A stretch of 64,000 nt of DNA from Nitrospirota bacterium (GTDB lineage Bacteria > Nitrospirota > UBA9217), in the NCBI GenBank assembly GCA_963754875.1, contig CAVWHO010000020.1, positions 256,001-320,000 of the forward strand, read 5' to 3'. Position 1 is the first letter of the stretch; each line of letters starts with the position of its first letter. The position numbers were made by a program, and so were the translations under genes. This document shows, piece by piece, positions 11,056 through 19,970 of this stretch. A model generated the notes under the pieces. It was not told where the DNA came from, ran no database searches, and was given only the letters and a program-made list of their open reading frames with translations.

Positions 11056-12243
11056 ATGATCAACATTAAGGACATCCAGCAGGCAGGAAAAGACATAGCA
11101 GCTTATATTCATAAAACGCCGTTGATCCGCTCCAACGCCCTGAGTGGGCTTGCCGGCGCCGACGTTTACCTGAAGCTTGAAAACCTGCAAAAGACGGGCT
11201 CCTTTAAAGTGCGGGGGGCGTTCAATAAAATGCTCCATGTGCCGCAGGGGAGGGTGGTTGCTGCATCCATGGGCAATCATGCGCAGGCCGTTGCCTTTGC
11301 ATCATACCAACTCGGCAAAAAGGCGACAATCGTGATGCCCGCGACCGTTTCCCTGGTAAAGGAGGAAGCGACCAGAGGGTATCATGCCGACGTCATTCTC
11401 TTCGGCGAAGGATTCAAAGACGCCCTGGAACATGCCTTACAGCAGAAAGACGCTGCTTTCATCCATGCATTCGATGACGATGAGGTCATTGCCGGTCAGG
11501 GGACCATCGCGCTCGAAATCTTTGAAGAGCTGGAAAACGTCGATGCGGTATTCGTGCCAGTGGGCGGGGGCGGGCTTGTCAGCGGGATCGCGACGGCAGT
11601 GAAGGCGTTGTCCCCGAAGACCGCGGTGATCGGCGTCCAGGCCGAGGCGGCGCCTGCTGCACGGTTGTCACATCAGGGAAAAAAAATTGTTGAGCAGCTG
11701 CCGCTCCCCACGATCGCAGACGGGATTGCCGTCGCGCGGCTGGGCGAGAAGACCTATGAGCTCATCAACAATTATGTCGATGATATCTACCTCGTCTCAG
11801 AGGGAACAATTGCCCGATCCATCCTTCTCTTCCTCGAACGCAAGAAGCTCGTTGTAGAAGGCGCGGGGGCGGTAACGCTCGCGGCCCTGATGGAGAACCG
11901 AACGCGGTTTGAGAACAAGCGGGTGGTACTTATCTTGAGCGGCGGAAACATCGATTTCACGATCATCGACAGAATCATCAGGAAAGGACTTGTCACCAGC
12001 AACAGGATAGGGGTATTTGAAGTGGTCCTCGACGATATTGCCGGCAGTCTACATGACGTGATCGACATTATCGCATCCCTTCGCGCCAACGTTCTCGATA
12101 TCCTTCACGACCGGCTCGCGCCGGACCTTCCTATCGGGAAGGCAAAGGTCGTGTTTACCGTGGAAATCCGTGGCAAGAAGCATCTCGAAAAAATATTTGA
12201 GGACCTCGCGGGAAAAGGTTATGCCGTAGGAGAAAGAAAATGA
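11056..12243 (+). CDS. ilvA: Threonine ammonia-lyase with C-terminal ACT domain
   Basis: KLENLQKTGSFKVRGA PLP lysine motif, GNHAQ, PVGGGGL, SGGNID. Confidence 0.9.
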   Translation: MINIKDIQQAGKDIAAYIHKTPLIRSNALSGLAGADVYLKLENLQKTGSFKVRGAFNKMLHVPQGRVVAASMGNHAQAVAFASYQLGKKATIVMPATVSLVKEEATRGYHADVILFGEGFKDALEHALQQKDAAFIHAFDDDEVIAGQGTIALEIFEELENVDAVFVPVGGGGLVSGIATAVKALSPKTAVIGVQAEAAPAARLSHQGKKIVEQLPLPTIADGIAVARLGEKTYELINNYVDDIYLVSEGTIARSILLFLERKKLVVEGAGAVTLAALMENRTRFENKRVVLILSGGNIDFTIIDRIIRKGLVTSNRIGVFEVVLDDIAGSLHDVIDIIASLRANVLDILHDRLAPDLPIGKAKVVFTVEIRGKKHLEKIFEDLAGKGYAVGERK

Positions 12244-12290
12244 ATGGATAGCTATCGGGGAAACAGCCGTTCTGCTATACTTAACAAAGT

Positions 12291-12953
12291 ATGAAATTGT
12301 CTGACAGGATCCTCTCGGGTCATCCGATCACGATGAAACAAAAACGAGAGACAGGATTGCATATCAATATTCTACCAGGCGAATACTATTCCGCAAGGGA
12401 ACCCGTCACGATACGCACGCTCCTCGGGTCCTGCGTTGCCGCTTGCCTCTATGACCCGGTGAACAAGGTGATCGGCATGAACCATTTTCTTCTGAGCAAT
12501 CGGAGATATGCACGGAACATGCCCGTGGTTTTGAGCGAAGCAGGCCGCTACGGCATCCACGCCATGGAGCTTTTGATCAACGATATGCTGAAGCTCGGCG
12601 CGAAGCGGACCAACCTGCGCGCGAAAGTTTTCGGCGGCGGGTCCATTTGTCTTGCCTCCGAAGCGAGAGACAATTTTTTCTGCGTCGGCGAGGTGAATAT
12701 CCGTTTCATTCGTGAGTTCCTGAAAAATGACGGCATACCGCTTGTTGCCGAAGACCTGGGAGGCGAGAAAGCGCGCATAATCCATTTTCTCTTTGACGAC
12801 TATTCGGTTCACGTGAAGAAAATCGGAACAACAACTGCGCCCAAACTGGCTTTGACCGAGCGGCAGTTCTGGCTCAGGGGCATAGAGGAGCATGAACGCG
12901 CAAAACCCCAGGCGGAAGTGTGGGAAAAACAACAAGGTGTCGAGTCTTCATGA
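12291..12953 (+). CDS. cheD: Chemoreceptor glutamine deamidase CheD
   Basis: TLLGSCVA, GMNHF, RYG..AMELLIN, AKVFGG, EDLGG. Confidence 0.88.
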   Translation: MKLSDRILSGHPITMKQKRETGLHINILPGEYYSAREPVTIRTLLGSCVAACLYDPVNKVIGMNHFLLSNRRYARNMPVVLSEAGRYGIHAMELLINDMLKLGAKRTNLRAKVFGGGSICLASEARDNFFCVGEVNIRFIREFLKNDGIPLVAEDLGGEKARIIHFLFDDYSVHVKKIGTTTAPKLALTERQFWLRGIEEHERAKPQAEVWEKQQGVESS

Positions 12954-13817
12954 TTATTTGCTCAATAGCTTATACACGGCAGAAAAGTCCATTTCCCCGA
13001 GGCCATTCTTTATTGCCAGCGCATAGATTTCTTTGGCCGCGTTAGCAGCAGGTAATGCCACGCCCGTCTCGTAGGCCGTGTCTGCGGCCAGATGCAGGTC
13101 TTTGTGCATCCACTGGAGAGGAAACTCAGTCTCGAACTTACCCTCTTCTATCTTAGAACGTTTCAAAGCGAGAAAGGGAGCAGCAACCGGGGAGGCAGAC
13201 AAGGTAGTGAAGAGCTGCTCTTTGCTGATTCCGAGCGCTTCTCCAAGCACGAGCGCTTCTGAAAACGCCACCATGGCCTGGCCAAGCATGATGTTGTTCA
13301 CCATCTTCATGGCTGTACCCATGCCCTGTCCGCCCACATGAAACACGGCTTTACCCATGGCTTCGAGGAGGGGACGCGCTTCTTCCACATCCTTTTTCTC
13401 TCCGCCTACAAAGAAGAGGAGTTGGCCCTGTTCGGCCGGGATCTTGGAACCGGCGACCGGCGCGTCGATGAACCTGACCTTGCGCTGCTTTGCTTCGTTC
13501 GCCACAAGCTTCGAAAATGAAGGATTAACGGTACTACAGTCGATCCAGAGCGAATCCGGGGCAAGGCTTCCCAGGAAGCCATTCTTGTCGAGCAAAGCCG
13601 TTTCAGCCACGGCGTCGGGTTTTGCAAGCATGGTGATAACGACCTTGACCTTCTTTGCCAGATCTGCAGGCGACGGTGACCACTGTGCACCCATTGCGAG
13701 CAGCGGATCAGCCTTTTCTTTGGTCCTGTTATGGACGACCAACTCATGTCCCTTTTTCTGCAGGTTTGCCGCCATGCGGCTTCCCATGATTCCCAGGCCG
13801 ATAAATCCGACTTTCAT
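12954..13817 (-). CDS. NAD(P)-dependent beta-hydroxyacid dehydrogenase (3-hydroxyisobutyrate/GlyR family)
   Basis: GFIGLGIMG, DAPVAGS, KMVNN, KDL motifs; GGAGG RBS. Confidence 0.88.
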   Translation of the reverse strand: MKVGFIGLGIMGSRMAANLQKKGHELVVHNRTKEKADPLLAMGAQWSPSPADLAKKVKVVITMLAKPDAVAETALLDKNGFLGSLAPDSLWIDCSTVNPSFSKLVANEAKQRKVRFIDAPVAGSKIPAEQGQLLFFVGGEKKDVEEARPLLEAMGKAVFHVGGQGMGTAMKMVNNIMLGQAMVAFSEALVLGEALGISKEQLFTTLSASPVAAPFLALKRSKIEEGKFETEFPLQWMHKDLHLAADTAYETGVALPAANAAKEIYALAIKNGLGEMDFSAVYKLLSK

Positions 13818-13873
13818 AGAGCCCTCCTGTTTGAAAGCGATTCTTAAATCCCGCCCCAACATCCGTCGCAAGG

Positions 13874-14200
13874 CTAAGGACGTCTTTCCCGCACTTCTCC
13901 CTTGTCAACTTTCTTCTGTTGCTGTTCCGGTTTTCTGATAATGATGCGCGGTTCACGCATCTTCCGGACCGGGAGATTTTCCGGCGGCTGAGATCGGAAA
14001 ACCGATGCTTCCCGCTCCTTTATCAGTCTCCGCTCGTTCTTCAAAACTTCGGGCTGAATTTTCCGGAACCGTTCCGGCGGCAGAGTCTGATTGTCCGGCA
14101 GGACGTTGGAGAATTGACTACGGCGCTGAACCCGCCTGCTGTGGTTTCTCCGGGTTCACCTGGGGACGGCGCTCAGTGACTTCAGGCCGAATAGGTTCCC
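13874..14200 (-). pseudogene. Probable 3' remnant of an R/P/Q-rich protein tail
   Basis: Startless, protein-like minus-strand frame ...LPPERFRKIQPEVLKNERRLIKEREASVFRSQPPENLPVRKMREPRIIIRKPEQQQ...RERRP*. Confidence 0.3.
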
Positions 14201-14356
14201 GCTCAGAAATCGGTGGATGGTCTCCTCACCTTCTTTATTGGTATTTTACCTTATTTGACCGATGATTGTCCAACAAGTTGAATTTATCATGCCGCAATAA
14301 ACAAAATTTTTATGCAGCAACTTGACTTTGGCGCCATATTTGGTAAGAATTACTTT

Positions 14357-15202
14357 ATGAAAAGGAAAATCCTCATGACCGCATTTATCATCGCTCTCAG
14401 TATCGCCATGAGTGTGGGTATGACCCCTGCCAACGATGTCTTGCGTGTAAGCGACAACACAGTTACAACGTTCAAAGAGATGATCCGCGATGCGAAAAAG
14501 ACCAACCTCATTTTTGTCGGTGAAATCCATGACATCCCGGAATATCACCGGCTGGAGCTTAAAGTGATCAAGGCGCTCCATGAGTCTGATGCGCCGCTGG
14601 TCATCGGACTGGAAATGTTCAGGGCTGACAGCCAAAAAGCGCTGGACAATTGGGTGAACGGCGGTTTGTCGCTCGACAATTTCCTGCCTATTTATTATGA
14701 TAACTGGCGGCAGGGCTGGCCGTTGTACAAAGATATCTTTTCCTATGCACGCGAGCACCGGATATCCATGATCGGGCTGAACATTCCCGATGAGATCGCA
14801 AAAACAGTAGCGCGCAAGGGTTTTACGTCACTCACCACAAATGAGAAAAAACAGTTGCCCCCGGGCATCAGCTGCGATATCGACCCGACTTACATGGAAT
14901 TCATCAAAAAAGCTTACGCAGGTCATGCGCGAGCGGTGGATAAAAAATTTCTAAACTTTTGCGAAGCGCAGATGGTGTGGGACAAGAGTATGGCCTGGCA
15001 CCTTATTGAATATCTAAAAAAACATCCCGGTAAGACCGTGATTGTCCTTGCAGGCGTAGGACATGCATGGAAACGCGGCATTCCTGAACAGGTGTCCCGG
15101 CTTTCGAAGTATACGTCCACCGTCATTCTGCCGCTCATCCCGGACCAGGTGGAACTGGAGAGCATTACCCTTCAGGATGCGGACTATGTAGTGCTTCGTT
15201 AA
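14357..15202 (+). CDS. ChaN/DUF399-family (heme-uptake-like) exported protein
   Basis: Signal peptide, FVGEIHD, IGLEMF, AQMVWD..MA, LAG.GH. Confidence 0.8.
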   Translation: MKRKILMTAFIIALSIAMSVGMTPANDVLRVSDNTVTTFKEMIRDAKKTNLIFVGEIHDIPEYHRLELKVIKALHESDAPLVIGLEMFRADSQKALDNWVNGGLSLDNFLPIYYDNWRQGWPLYKDIFSYAREHRISMIGLNIPDEIAKTVARKGFTSLTTNEKKQLPPGISCDIDPTYMEFIKKAYAGHARAVDKKFLNFCEAQMVWDKSMAWHLIEYLKKHPGKTVIVLAGVGHAWKRGIPEQVSRLSKYTSTVILPLIPDQVELESITLQDADYVVLR

Positions 15203-15239
15203 CGAAGGAGAACACCTCTCGGCCCTTATCACCCGTCGA

Positions 15240-15524
15240 TTATTTTATCTTCTTGATGAATTCCTCAACAGGGACGGCGGGGAGGGACATAAGCTGCACC
15301 GACCCTCGCGAACCGATCTCAACGGACATCCTCATGACGGTTTCGTTGTCGGGCGCTTCGACTACATTCACAAAATCGTAAGGTCCCATCACGACATACT
15401 GCCTCAGTATTTTTACTCCCATTGCCTCGATCTCCCGGTTGACTTCCTGGATCCGTTCAGGCTTTTGCTTGATGGTCCTTCTCCCTTCGTCTGTCAGGTT
15501 GCTCAGAATGACATAATACGGCAT
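15240..15524 (-). CDS. GYD-domain protein
   Basis: 94 aa, LT..G..TIK..P.R and GPYDFV..VEAPD; AAGGAGG RBS. Confidence 0.85.
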   Translation of the reverse strand: MPYYVILSNLTDEGRRTIKQKPERIQEVNREIEAMGVKILRQYVVMGPYDFVNVVEAPDNETVMRMSVEIGSRGSVQLMSLPAVPVEEFIKKIK

Positions 15525-15552
15525 AGTTATTCCCTCCTTTTTAATTAGCATT

Positions 15553-15730
15553 AATGGGGTATCCACTTCGCTCAGGTAACCCCAATATGTAGAAACGTAT
15601 TCTGACAGAACCACTCGGGCATGTCGTGCTAAACGAATGAAATATTGTCTCTCCTGAGGATCTAATCGGGTGCCTGGTGTTAAGTACTTCACAAGCAATT
15701 GTAGCTACCTGAGTCAAGGGGATACCCACC
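15553..15730. mobile_element. MITE-like element 1 (178 bp)
   Basis: 24-bp inverted repeats with 4 mismatches (15557-15580 and 15704-15727), flanked by an 8-bp direct repeat TTAGCATT (15545-15552, 15731-15738). Confidence 0.6.
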
Positions 15731-15792
15731 TTAGCATTTTTACCCAGAGAAAAGACCGGTTGATACTTTTGATTTCTGATGTAATCATCTTT

Positions 15793-15924
15793 GATGAACT
15801 CGTAAAAAGTCGTCATTCCCGCTTATCGGGAATCATGTTGCCATTCAACACTCTGATAAAATACGATTCCGGACAAGCCGGAATGACGGTCCTTCGGCGA
15901 TTTTAGACTTTTTACGAAACCGTC
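15793..15924. mobile_element. MITE-like element 2 (132 bp) containing a REP-like palindrome pair
   Basis: TIRs GATGAACTCGTAAAAAGTC and GACTTTTTACGAAACCGTC; 6-bp direct repeat ATCTTT on both sides; internal GTCATTCCCG..CGGGAATC and GATTCCGG..CCGGAATGAC hairpins. Confidence 0.7.
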
Positions 15925-16181
15925 ATCTTTTTATTCCTATTTAATTATAACTGATTTTGCATAGCCCATGGTAAGGCATTTAATTAATGTGACGATCGTC
16001 CCTGAACAGTTCCAGTCATCCCCCAGACGGAATCTGAATTTGCTCCCCTGGACATCAACTCGGTGATCAAAGAAGGATGTAAGATGATTCACCTTGCCAT
16101 TCATGTCAAGTTGTGATATCTAAAGGTTAGAGATGAAAAGCGATCAGACCTCGGTCAATCGCTCACTGGTCCTGAACCGAG

Positions 16182-17381
16182 ATGAACAACACTCAAAAAT
16201 TATCCTCCCTTCAGGTATTTAAAGCATTTCTTAAGCTCGGTCTGACCTCCTTTGGCGGTCCGGTCGCACATCTCGGCTATTTTCGTGATGAGTTCGTCGC
16301 TCGACGCAAATGTTTGAGCGAGCCTGCCTATGCCGATCTCGTAGCCTTATGTCAGTTTCTTCCCGGACCGGCAAGCAGCCAGGTGGGTATAGGAATCGGC
16401 CTTTCTCAGGCAGGGATAGGCGGTGCTTTCGCAGCATGGGCCGGTTTTACGTTGCCATCGGCGTTGGCCCTTATCCTTTTCGCGTATGGCGTTACCGCAT
16501 TAAAAGGCGGGGTCGAACATATCGGTTGGCTCCACGGCCTGAAGGTCGTGGCGGTAGCGGTGGTGGCCCAGGCCATTTGGGGAATGGCAAAGGCATTGTG
16601 TCCTGACCGGTCCCGGGGAACGGCAGCCATCCTGGCAGCCGTTTTCATGCTGGCATGGCCGAGCTCGTGGGCGCAGATCGTGATGATTCTCCTGGGTGCG
16701 TTGTTCGGGTTGGTGTTTCTAAAAGTGGATACGGTCTCCGACCATACCTCCCTAGATATCCCGATCAGCCGCGTTGTAGCAGTATCCCTCCTGGGCCTGT
16801 TTGGTGCTCTCCTCATTGTCATTCCGCTATTCGCCAGCCAAGTTCCAAATCATACCCTTACGCTGATCGACAGGTTTTACAGGACCGGCTCCTTAGTCTT
16901 CGGCGGAGGCCATGTAGTCCTACCGTTGTTGCAAGCTGCGGTTGTATCTCCGGGCTGGATCAGTAAGGACCTGTTTCTGGCTGGTTACGGGGCCGCTCAA
17001 GCAGTACCTGGTCCGCTCTTCACGTTCTCCGCCTATCTTGGTGCAGTGATGCAACCCGGCCCCAGTGCTTGGGTCGATGGGATTATTTGCCTGGTTGCTA
17101 TTTTTCTGCCGTCTTTTCTCCTCGTTCTCGGGATACTTCCCTTTTGGGAGAAGCTGCGCAGAAGAAAAGGCGTGCGCAGCGCCTTGATGGGGGTGAACGC
17201 CGCGGTTGTCGGGCTTTTGTTGGCAGTGTTCTACGACACGGTATGGACCAGCGGCATCATTTCTGCAAGAGATTTTATTCTCGGACTTGTCGCCTTCGGC
17301 CTCCTTTCCCTCTGGAAAGTCCCGCCGTGGCTGGTAGTCGCGGTCACTGCCCTCGGGAGCGCAGCATTAGCTGCGATATAG
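16182..17381 (+). CDS. chrA: Chromate efflux transporter (long-chain CHR)
   Basis: SFGGP.AH, CQFLPGP, VFGGGHV, AQAVPGP duplicated-domain motifs. Confidence 0.92.
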   Translation: MNNTQKLSSLQVFKAFLKLGLTSFGGPVAHLGYFRDEFVARRKCLSEPAYADLVALCQFLPGPASSQVGIGIGLSQAGIGGAFAAWAGFTLPSALALILFAYGVTALKGGVEHIGWLHGLKVVAVAVVAQAIWGMAKALCPDRSRGTAAILAAVFMLAWPSSWAQIVMILLGALFGLVFLKVDTVSDHTSLDIPISRVVAVSLLGLFGALLIVIPLFASQVPNHTLTLIDRFYRTGSLVFGGGHVVLPLLQAAVVSPGWISKDLFLAGYGAAQAVPGPLFTFSAYLGAVMQPGPSAWVDGIICLVAIFLPSFLLVLGILPFWEKLRRRKGVRSALMGVNAAVVGLLLAVFYDTVWTSGIISARDFILGLVAFGLLSLWKVPPWLVVAVTALGSAALAAI

Positions 17382-17421
17382 CCGGCACAATTGAGCGAGC
17401 ACGTAACTCAAGGAGAATGAC

Positions 17422-18213
17422 ATGCACCATAAACCCATCGAAAGCAGCTGCTGGTTGCCGGCTTTTTTTATCGTATTTCTGTTGTTAGCCGCCTTTTTCC
17501 CGGCTGCGGCATGGGCAGGCCCACCATTCGTTACCGATGATCCCGAGCCCGTTGAGTACCATCACGGGGAATTCTACCTCTCTTCCCAATATGCGAACAA
17601 CAAGGGCGGACAGGAAGGGACCTTGCCCCATTTCGAGTACAACTACGGAGTACTCCCCGATGTCCAATTGCATCTCCTTGTCCCAATCGCTTTTGTCCAT
17701 CCGAATGGAGGACCGACCGTGTACGGCCTTGGCGATACAGAGGTTGGGGTAAAGTATCGCTTTGTCCATGAGACGGACACATTACCTCAAGCGGGCACCT
17801 TCCCAATTGTGCACATCCCTACCGGGGGCAGCGATCGCGGCCTCGGGAACGGCCATGTTCCTTTGTTCCTGCCGATCTGGGTCCAGAAAAGCTGGGGACC
17901 ATGGACGACCTACGGCGGCGGTGGTTATTGGAACAATCCCGGCAAAGACAACAAGAACTTTTGGCAACTTGGCTGGCTGGTGCAGCGTGACATTACCAAA
18001 GCGATCACTCTGGGCGCTGAGGTATTCTATTTCGGCAAAGATACGGCCGATGGCCGTGATAGGACAGGTTGCAACGTCGGCGGCATCTTTAACTTGAGCG
18101 AAGAACATCACATCCTTTTCTCGGGAGGGAGTGATATTACGGGAGACAACAGATTATCTCTCTATCTCGGCTACCAATGGACCTTCGGGCCTCATGGGGA
18201 AGAAAACAATTAA
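17422..18213 (+). CDS. Conserved exported protein, probable outer-membrane beta-barrel
   Basis: Signal peptide ending AWA-GPPFVTDDP, amphipathic beta-strand pattern, aromatic C-terminal strand YLGYQWTF. Confidence 0.6.
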   Translation: MHHKPIESSCWLPAFFIVFLLLAAFFPAAAWAGPPFVTDDPEPVEYHHGEFYLSSQYANNKGGQEGTLPHFEYNYGVLPDVQLHLLVPIAFVHPNGGPTVYGLGDTEVGVKYRFVHETDTLPQAGTFPIVHIPTGGSDRGLGNGHVPLFLPIWVQKSWGPWTTYGGGGYWNNPGKDNKNFWQLGWLVQRDITKAITLGAEVFYFGKDTADGRDRTGCNVGGIFNLSEEHHILFSGGSDITGDNRLSLYLGYQWTFGPHGEENN

Positions 18214-18304
18214 GGACACGCTTTATGAACAGCATATAGCAAGGATGCGAGAGCCAATTTTCTCGATCAATAACTTACTTGCCATGACGCTATAATGATT
18301 CATC

Positions 18305-18333
18305 TTGCCTTTCTCATGAAGTTATGCTATATA
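18305..18333 (+). promoter_or_regulatory. Putative sigma70 promoter for the leader-cooT transcript
   Basis: TTGCCT-17 bp-TATATA with extended -10 TG. Confidence 0.4.
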
Positions 18334-18385
18334 AACTATAGAGGGAATCGATCGAATGATCGCTTGATAATAACGGCAGGGGACG

Positions 18386-18574
18386 ATGAAGTCAGAAACG
18401 GGCAAATCGAAGAAACAACACCAGACGACGAGTTCAAAAATGAAGCCTACCTGTGGAACCCTGTCGTATCTTGCTGAATGCCGGGGCATAACGAAAAAAA
18501 CCGATCTGTCCCGGTGGGCAGCGCCGCCGGACAGTATCAATAAAATCGTTCGCAAGTATCCCGCCGACTCATAA
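18386..18574 (+). CDS. Putative Cys-containing leader peptide (alternative ATG at 18440)
   Basis: 62 aa ORF with CGTLSYLAEC and RWAAPP; its stop codon lies in the loop of the downstream terminator. Confidence 0.5.
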   Translation: MKSETGKSKKQHQTTSSKMKPTCGTLSYLAECRGITKKTDLSRWAAPPDSINKIVRKYPADS

Positions 18575-18589
18575 GACGGCGGGTTTTTT
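18560..18589 (+). terminator. Rho-independent terminator/attenuator upstream of cooT
   Basis: CCCGCCG...CGGCGGG stem followed by TTTTTT. Confidence 0.8.
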
Positions 18590-18628
18590 ATTTTCAAGCT
18601 GTTTCAGAGAAAGGACGAGGACTAAACC

Positions 18629-18817
18629 GTGTGCGACTTAAAGGCTTATGTAAAAAAGGACGATAAAGAAGAGCTGCTGCTCGAGTCGGTCAATCTCATT
18701 CGAGCGGAACATGGCGAGGTGACTGTCAGGAACCTCTTCGGGGAAGAAAGGAAAGTTCGCGGAGAAGTACGCGAAGTCTCGCTCGCCAAGAACCGCCTTC
18801 TTGTGGAACAGGTTTGA
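18629..18817 (+). CDS. cooT: CooT-family nickel-binding protein
   Basis: 62 aa, N-terminal MC..AY, EELLLESV, NLFGE; GTG start with GAGG RBS. Confidence 0.8.
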   Translation: MCDLKAYVKKDDKEELLLESVNLIRAEHGEVTVRNLFGEERKVRGEVREVSLAKNRLLVEQV

Positions 18818-18879
18818 TCGGTTCGTCGTGCTTATCTGTAACAGTTCTCTCATTCAGCATGTCGCTGAATGAATCAATA

Positions 18880-19896
18880 TCAAGTCGATGAAAGTTTCAT
18901 CTCTCTCTTGCCCTGAATCCTGCTATCCTCAACGACACGGATTTTATCCAGCTTAAATTCTTTCATGAGTGATTTTATGTTTTCGCGCCGCTGACCTACG
19001 GCAAGAGAGATATCCTTGGGGTTTACGGAAAACTCTGCTGTAGTGTTTTCTCCTGTCCTCTTTTTCAGTGCAGACCGCATCTTATCCAGGAAAATTGCAG
19101 ACTCAACGAGCTGTCTAAAGGCAGGGTGAAAAGGGCCGGCAAGGATAGTACCCGGCTTCTCCAGCTCTTCCGTTGATTGCAGTCCTATTCGGATTACATC
19201 GATACCCGCGTGTTCAACTCTTATTACAGCATCTCGGCATAAGGCATACGGCCTCATCGAGTGTGAACGGCCGATATGATCCGTTTCTGTAAAGTTTTTC
19301 AAGCGGTGTGCCTTTGATTACGAGCACAGGATAGAGCCGGACGAAATCGGGTTTCATCGAATGACGGTGTCGATGGTCTTTCTGAAGAAAGTTATTTGCT
19401 CGTATCGCCCGGGAGGCCCGGCATGAGTTGAAGCCCGACTGTAAATTCATGCTCTTTAAGAAGCTTTTACCGCGTTTATCGTATCGTCTGCCGCTGTGAC
19501 CGCGACCGGCGTTGATCAATACGGTGTCATCCATGGATTGAGCGCCGAGTTCAATGACCGTAACATGATGCTCTTTGAGGAGTGATAGTATCTCCTTGCT
19601 GATGCAGTCAGGACGCGTGGAAAGCCTGATAGTGCGGACTCGTGCTGACTGAATAAAGGGACGGACGGTTTCGAGATAGGTTTGCTGTACTTCGAGTGGC
19701 AGAGCGGTAAAGCTTCCCCCGTAGAATGCAATTTCGACAGCGTTCAGCGGAACGATGAGTGCTTAAATAGCGATTGATCTTGTCAGGGATGGTTGATGCA
19801 TCATCGGGGTCGGTTCTGTCCCGTAATATTTTTCTGGTTGCAAAATACGCACTGATGCGGGCAACCGGAGTGGGGGATGAAGAAAGGGATGATCAT
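18880..19896 (-). CDS. Elp3/YhcC-like radical SAM protein (multiply frameshifted)
   Basis: Fragments in different frames: MIIPFFIPHSGCPHQCVFCNQ (CxxxCxxC), PDFVRLYPVLVIKGTPL, IRIGLQ..AGPFHPAFRQLVES. Confidence 0.8.
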
Positions 19897-19970
19897 GGGA
19901 ACAGTTGGCAGAAGAGAGTAGATAGGAGACAGGGGAGGAACTGGATTATTTCCCTGTACTCGTTTGCTGC

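Noticed and set aside
18361..18600. c-di-GMP-I, ZTP, NiCo or c-di-AMP riboswitch, or tmRNA, in the cooT leader
   Set aside because: Only fragments such as GGCAAA and GCTGAAT resemble them; the core consensus elements are missing by eye
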